From Candidatus Omnitrophota bacterium (lineage in GTDB: Bacteria > Omnitrophota > Gorgyraeia > Gygaellales > Profunditerraquicolaceae), in the NCBI GenBank assembly GCA_030650425.1, contig JAUSED010000005.1, positions 14,932 through 78,931 on the forward strand: 64,000 nt of DNA, given 5' to 3'. This document shows, piece after piece, positions 57,001 to 63,000 of this stretch. The position numbers and the translations under genes are program-made. Below the pieces are notes generated by a model. It worked only from the letters and a program-made list of their open reading frames with translations, searched no databases and had not been told where the DNA came from. The first letter of the stretch is position 1; each line of letters starts with the position of its first letter.

Positions 57001-60000
57001 AGGCGCTCTTCAATCCCATCAATAAGCCAGCCACCAGGATTAGAGAAGACGTATTCTTTAGCGGGAGCAGACTTCTCAAATCTGTCGTCAAACGCGCAGA
57101 GTAGATCCCACAGGGAGCCTGTATCAAAGATAAAATATTTCGGGGCTCCATTTTTATCCACAACGGCCGCGGCCTTGAAGTCCTTAAGTTCCGATTTCTT
57201 CAATTTTTTAGGAATAGCCGCGAATTTCTCAATGGGTTCTATTTTGACAGACTCTTTTGATGACTTAACTAATGATTTTGATCTCATTTCTTCATCCTCC
57301 CTTATTTATAAACAGTATAACACATTCTTTTTCGATCTGTCAAGCCGGATATCGTTAACGAATAATAGGGGTGGTTCTATTTTAAGTAATAAAAATCGCT
57401 CCAGCTCGCCGGCGAAAGAGATAAGATATGATGCGGATGAGGCACAGGATGTATCTCTTGGCCTAAAGCCAATAAAAGCTGTGGTTGAAGCTGCGCGGAG
57501 CCTCATTAATGGATTAGATAAAAGGACTATAGGATTAAGTAAGGTTAAGGGAGAGTCTGTTATCGTGCAGTTTAAAAATAAAACAAAGCAGGAGAAAGTT
57601 TGGCTTAACTTTGGCACAAAATTAAGAGATTTTGTTTCGCTGATGGAGGTAAGATTACTTTCAGATCCAGATATTAAGGTAAAAGTCTTGATCAATATGT
57701 TTAGCAAAGACAGAAAATTCTTGCTAATTTTTTATACTAATGACAAGGTTTATTTCTATGATACTTATGGAGAGATAGGGTCTTTAATTAAATTAGATAA
57801 GAAGGCACAAATATTGGGTCTTGAAAAGTTATTAAAAAATAAAGCGGTAAAAAGTTTTATTGATTACGTCCTCATTGGATATATTTCTCAACCAAAGTTT
57901 ATCAATGAAATTATTAAAATTTATCCTGCCCGTCCCTATAAGGCTAGGGGGGGTACAGAGCTTCGTTTTGATAAGACGGGCTATGAACTTCCTGATAGCA
58001 AAGAGACAGAGTTGGGAAGGATTCTGGAAAAAGAAATGGTCATCGTAACAGATAAAATAGCGGAGGGTAAAATATTTACTATTTTACTTGAAAAAGATTC
58101 GCTTAATAAAGCCGCTCCACACTATCTTTTATTTTTATCCCTATGCGATAGGGTACAACTTTATAACGAAGCCGGTTTTATTGTTGAATATATCAAAGAC
58201 GGGAAAAATCACGGCTACAGCGATAACCTATTCATCAACACCTTTCTTCTTAGTATCGCTTTTAAGCAAGAGTCAGCATGGAAGACTTTAGATTTAGGCC
58301 GCCAAGCGACGCACGCGATTGTTATTGGCGGGGCAGATAGAGGCTCTTTAACAATTCCAACTACAGGTATAACTTTAGAAGCATTGAATATTCGTAAAGA
58401 CGGCGGGGCGTGGATACCTGTTAAGCGGATAAGAAAAGGCGATATCATCTCGGGAGTTTGCGGTTTAGGGGGAGGCCAGTATTATGTTGACGGTATAGGA
58501 GCGCCTTTAGGAGACAAAAAATTCCCGGCTATTCTTTTAGAAGGAAAATTAAATCTTCCAAGTGTAATCCGCTGGCTATCGCAAGATGGCTCCAAAGAAA
58601 ACATCCCTGTTTCAGAATTTTTGAAAGAACTTTTTGGCAGCCGAGCAGAGAACGGCCAGAGTAAAAAGATTATGTATAGATTAGAAAAATCTAAATCCAA
58701 AAGGCCGGTTTATGATAGAAAAACAGCTCAATGGTTGGAAAAAGTTGTTTGGATCATCGTTGATTATGGCAGTGAAGAAGAATCAGGAATATATACATTG
58801 AATAAAGTCGTTGATAAGTTGGTAGAGATGAAAGGAAAGTTTAATCCCCTCTCTGTTTATATCCTTAAAGATTTACGCAGGGCTATTATTGAGCATCTGC
58901 CTTACGCAGCTTTAGCCCAACAGGAGGCAATTGAACGCATTCTTTCATTAGCTTTGCCGCAAGTGAGCCGAGAATTAGCCGAAAATCCACAAATGCAAAA
59001 ATGGATAGGAACGGCTATCCGCGGTTTATGTCAGGCAATAAAAATTAACCTAATCTCAGCTTTAAGACTACATGCTTTATTGGCAATCGAATATTTAATG
59101 GTTACAGAAGATGTCAAGCAAGAAATAAATGGGTTAATAAAATCCCGCGTTCTTAATGAAAACAAGGGAAATAAACTTCGAATTATAGATACGGCTTTGA
59201 TTTTAACAGTAAGGCTAAATTCAAGCCCGATTCTAGCCCCGAGAAGCACTTTAGTAAAGCCGGATAATAAAGATTATTTACTTCATCTAGAAAGTATTGA
59301 GGCAAGCTCTTCGTTTAAAGATATCCACACAGGGCCTTCTCCTCCGGGGATAAATTATTATCTCGCCCCATCCAATTTCTCCGCCATAAATATTTGTTTT
59401 ATAACTTCTAGTTCACCAATGGAAGAGAAGGCAGATAATTCTGAAAATAAGTATCGTGCCCCCGGAATTACGCGCTCTAGCTCACCTTTAAAACGAAACA
59501 ATCGCAGGCAAGATAGAACATACATACCATCATCTTTAGAAAGATACGGATATAATTTGGGCCAGTATTTCGATAAGTATTATGCTAAATACCTGTCCGG
59601 GGGGATTATTGCTAAACTTGAGGAAAACGGTTATTTCGAAACCCTTTTTGGTACGTATGTAAACACGCCTACGCCTAATTATATAGAACTGGTTAGTGAT
59701 ACAGAGCTGCAAAGAAAGATTGGCCTGCTCTACCTGAGCGGTTTGGGATTCCTGATTGAAGATGGGGTAAGTTTTGCCTGGACAGAGGGGAATTTTATAC
59801 ATCCGATATCAGCAAGGCCTCTTAATATAAAATACGCAGAAAGCGAAGATTTATTCCTTAGAGTAGAGCTTATATTGCAGAATATGCCTTTAGCTCAGCA
59901 GGATGAGTTTATAAAGATGCACTTGGCGCCGATCTTGTGTAAAACCCCGGAATTCTTAGATAAATTGATTACCTTAATTTTAAATATGCTCGATATAGAA

Positions 60001-63000
60001 GATAAAGAAGGATTGATTAAAGATTTAGAAAATTCCTATATTGTTGTTAAGGAGAGGAATTTACCTAAACCTTCGATGTATATTTTGCGGGAATATCTTT
60101 CTACCTTAGTCTTGCATGAAATTGGAGAATGCATCTTTTTTGTCTTACCCGACACTCTTAAGGAAGAGTGGAGGACTTTAGTTACCAGGGAAGTCCTTCC
60201 TTATCTTGGCATCATATATCTTAGGGGTTATGGTAAAGCGATTATACAAAGAGCGCAGGAAATATCTGCACAAGGTGCATTAAGGCTTGGCAGATTGGAA
60301 GAGGAGTTCTTTGCCGATGCCTTTACAGTAATCTTTGACAGGAGGAAGAATATTTTTGCAGAATTTGGAGAAGGGATCCGTGACGAATGGGAAGAGTTCA
60401 TGATTAAGAAAGTAAAGCCATACTTAATCAAAAAGCACAACTCTGGCAAGAATAGCTGGCAAGTTGAAAGCGGAGAGATCATTAGAATCTATAGAAATTC
60501 AGCCATAATTGAACCGAATGATGTAGAAGAGTCATCGAGGGAATCTTCCAGCTCACCGGCGAAGCAATCCTCTTCTCCAATCGAAGGCTATGCCGTTGTG
60601 ACGGATGGTAAAACTGATTCTGCCGCCGAAGAGGGCAATCCGGGAGCACATTGCTCAACAGCTTTAATCTCCAGCTCAGCGATGGGTATAAGCCGCAGAA
60701 GCTTTATTAAAAATAGCTCTTTGGTTTTATTGGGTCCGTCGAGATTAGCCTCTCTCTTGCGTTATTTAAGCGCGTTATCTTTGGCAGGCTGTGGCGGAGG
60801 CGGCGGCACGGAAAACCAGGCCCCTGCGCCTCTTCCGGCCCAGACTGAACTGGAGTGGATAAAGAGCAGGGTTAACCCCTCAACATTCCTTGCGGAAACT
60901 TACCAAGGCCTTTCATCAACAGACCTCTCCTTTAAAAAGTCCTTCATTTACGACCAAGGTTTGGCTATCAGGGCCTTAGTGGAATTTGGCGGCCCGGAAG
61001 AGTTTGCGCTGGCTGAAAAGATGATTGATGCAAACGGAAACGGAAACGTAGACAGTTTATCCAGCCCATTGTCTGCCATAGACTTAGAAAACAAATCCAA
61101 AATGACAAGCCGCTCCAGCTCGCCGGTGGAGAAACAAGGTGAAAGATTAGAACTGATCCTAACTTATATAGGCGATTATCTTTTACGCAGCAGCTCAAGA
61201 AATTCATTCGGAGATAGAATATCAAAGCCTTTGGCTTTGAGTACGAGAATGTCTTTGTCTAAGCTCACTAAGGGGACTTTTGATTCTGCAGCTAAGGACA
61301 GGATAAAATCATCTTCGCAATCTCTACAGATATCTAACTCGAGGCGGGTTTTGAGCTTATGGCTCTTGTCGTCAATTAACGCCACAAGTTCCTTTGCTTC
61401 ATTAGCGGGAATAAGCCTTTTAACCTTTGGTTTACTTAAAGTATCATTGAGCTCTTTTAGTAATTTCTCAGATACAATTAGCGTAAATTCCTCATTGATA
61501 AATGCGTTTAAGATAGGCCTGGTCAATGAGCTATTCATCAGCGCGCTTATCCAGATATTCGTATCAATGACAACCTTAAGCATATTAATTAGCTTTTCTT
61601 ACTTTCTTTACAATGCGTACAATTTCGTCGTTAGAAAGAACCCTGCGGTTCTTAATCCGCTTGTCGATTCTAGAGATGAGATTCTTAAAGCGCAATTGCC
61701 AAGTCTCCAAGTTCAACCTTCGGGCAATGATCAGTTTTTCTTCCAATGGAAGTTCTTCTATAAGATTCTCAACCTGCTTAGTATTAAGTTCCAAAGTTAC
61801 TTTAGACATGTAAAACACCTCCTATCATTAATAAACTACTCGTCAACAAATTATAACCCAATGCCGCCTTTGCGTCAAGTTTATAATCTTCAGAGGATTG
61901 TGAATAAAGAGGAGAATAAAGGTGACGGTTCTATTTATTTCCAGTATTTCCAGCGAGAAAATACAGACAGTTTACCTATCCCATCGTTTACCAAGGAGTT
62001 AAGAAATAAATCCGTAATGACAGGCCGCTCCAGTTCGCCTGCGGAATTGAGTTATAGATGGAGTTTATTTATAAGGATTAGGGAAGGGGCAGATTATTTA
62101 CTCAATATTTTAAGACAACTTTCAGCAGTTAGTACTTTAAATGGTAGGTCAGCAGAACGACGGGATAAAAAATGCCTATTTTCTGTTACCAATGCATCTG
62201 CGCCTGTATATTCTGAAAACGCGCCAATAAGCGCGTCTGCGGGCTTAAGCCCTAAAGTTTCATATTTTGTGCCTAGTTCAAATGGCACCTCAAAGTCTTC
62301 ATCAATTTTAGTCCAAGCATTGATGAGAAGTATAAATTCCTTAAAGGCTTCAGGCGTTAGATTATCGCGCACCTCTTCAATGATTAAGCGCAGGATTCGC
62401 ACGGTGATATCTTCTGGACGTTCTGCTATTTTTTCAATCAGTTTTTCAGAAGGCGGATATCTGACTGCGCCTAAGGCAAAGATGTATTCATTACTATCGA
62501 GAATGAGCCGCAAATTTTGCCTCCCAAATCTTTTCACGAGTTTTACGAATTTTCTCAATTATTTCTTGCTTGCTAAGACCCCGGCACGGGGAGCTGACTT
62601 TGGACATAAGTTGTCGAATCTTGTCGATGCGCTTTTTAACTTCTTGAATATTTTTTCTCATAATTCTTCACCTCTAAGTAAGGTTAACATACCTAAAAAC
62701 TTTAGTCAAGTGGTTATTACTAATGACTACTTCAGTCCTCTTAGCCGTGGTGCTTCGCCGATTAAGCAGGGTTATCGTAGCTTTGCGGTGGAAGCAGCAC
62801 CTTCTATAAAGAAAGATTCTGCGCGCAAAACGCCGTTTAGGCCGAGTTCAAGTAGCCCTCTTGGTTCTCTTGTTACAACTCTTGGCGGATATCATTATAT
62901 CGGGTTGCGCCAAAGAATAGGACTGGATGACCATTTTGCCAATGGGCCGCCTGCGGTAGATACCTCTAGCCTATCAAGGATTTTTTCCATAACATCTTCT

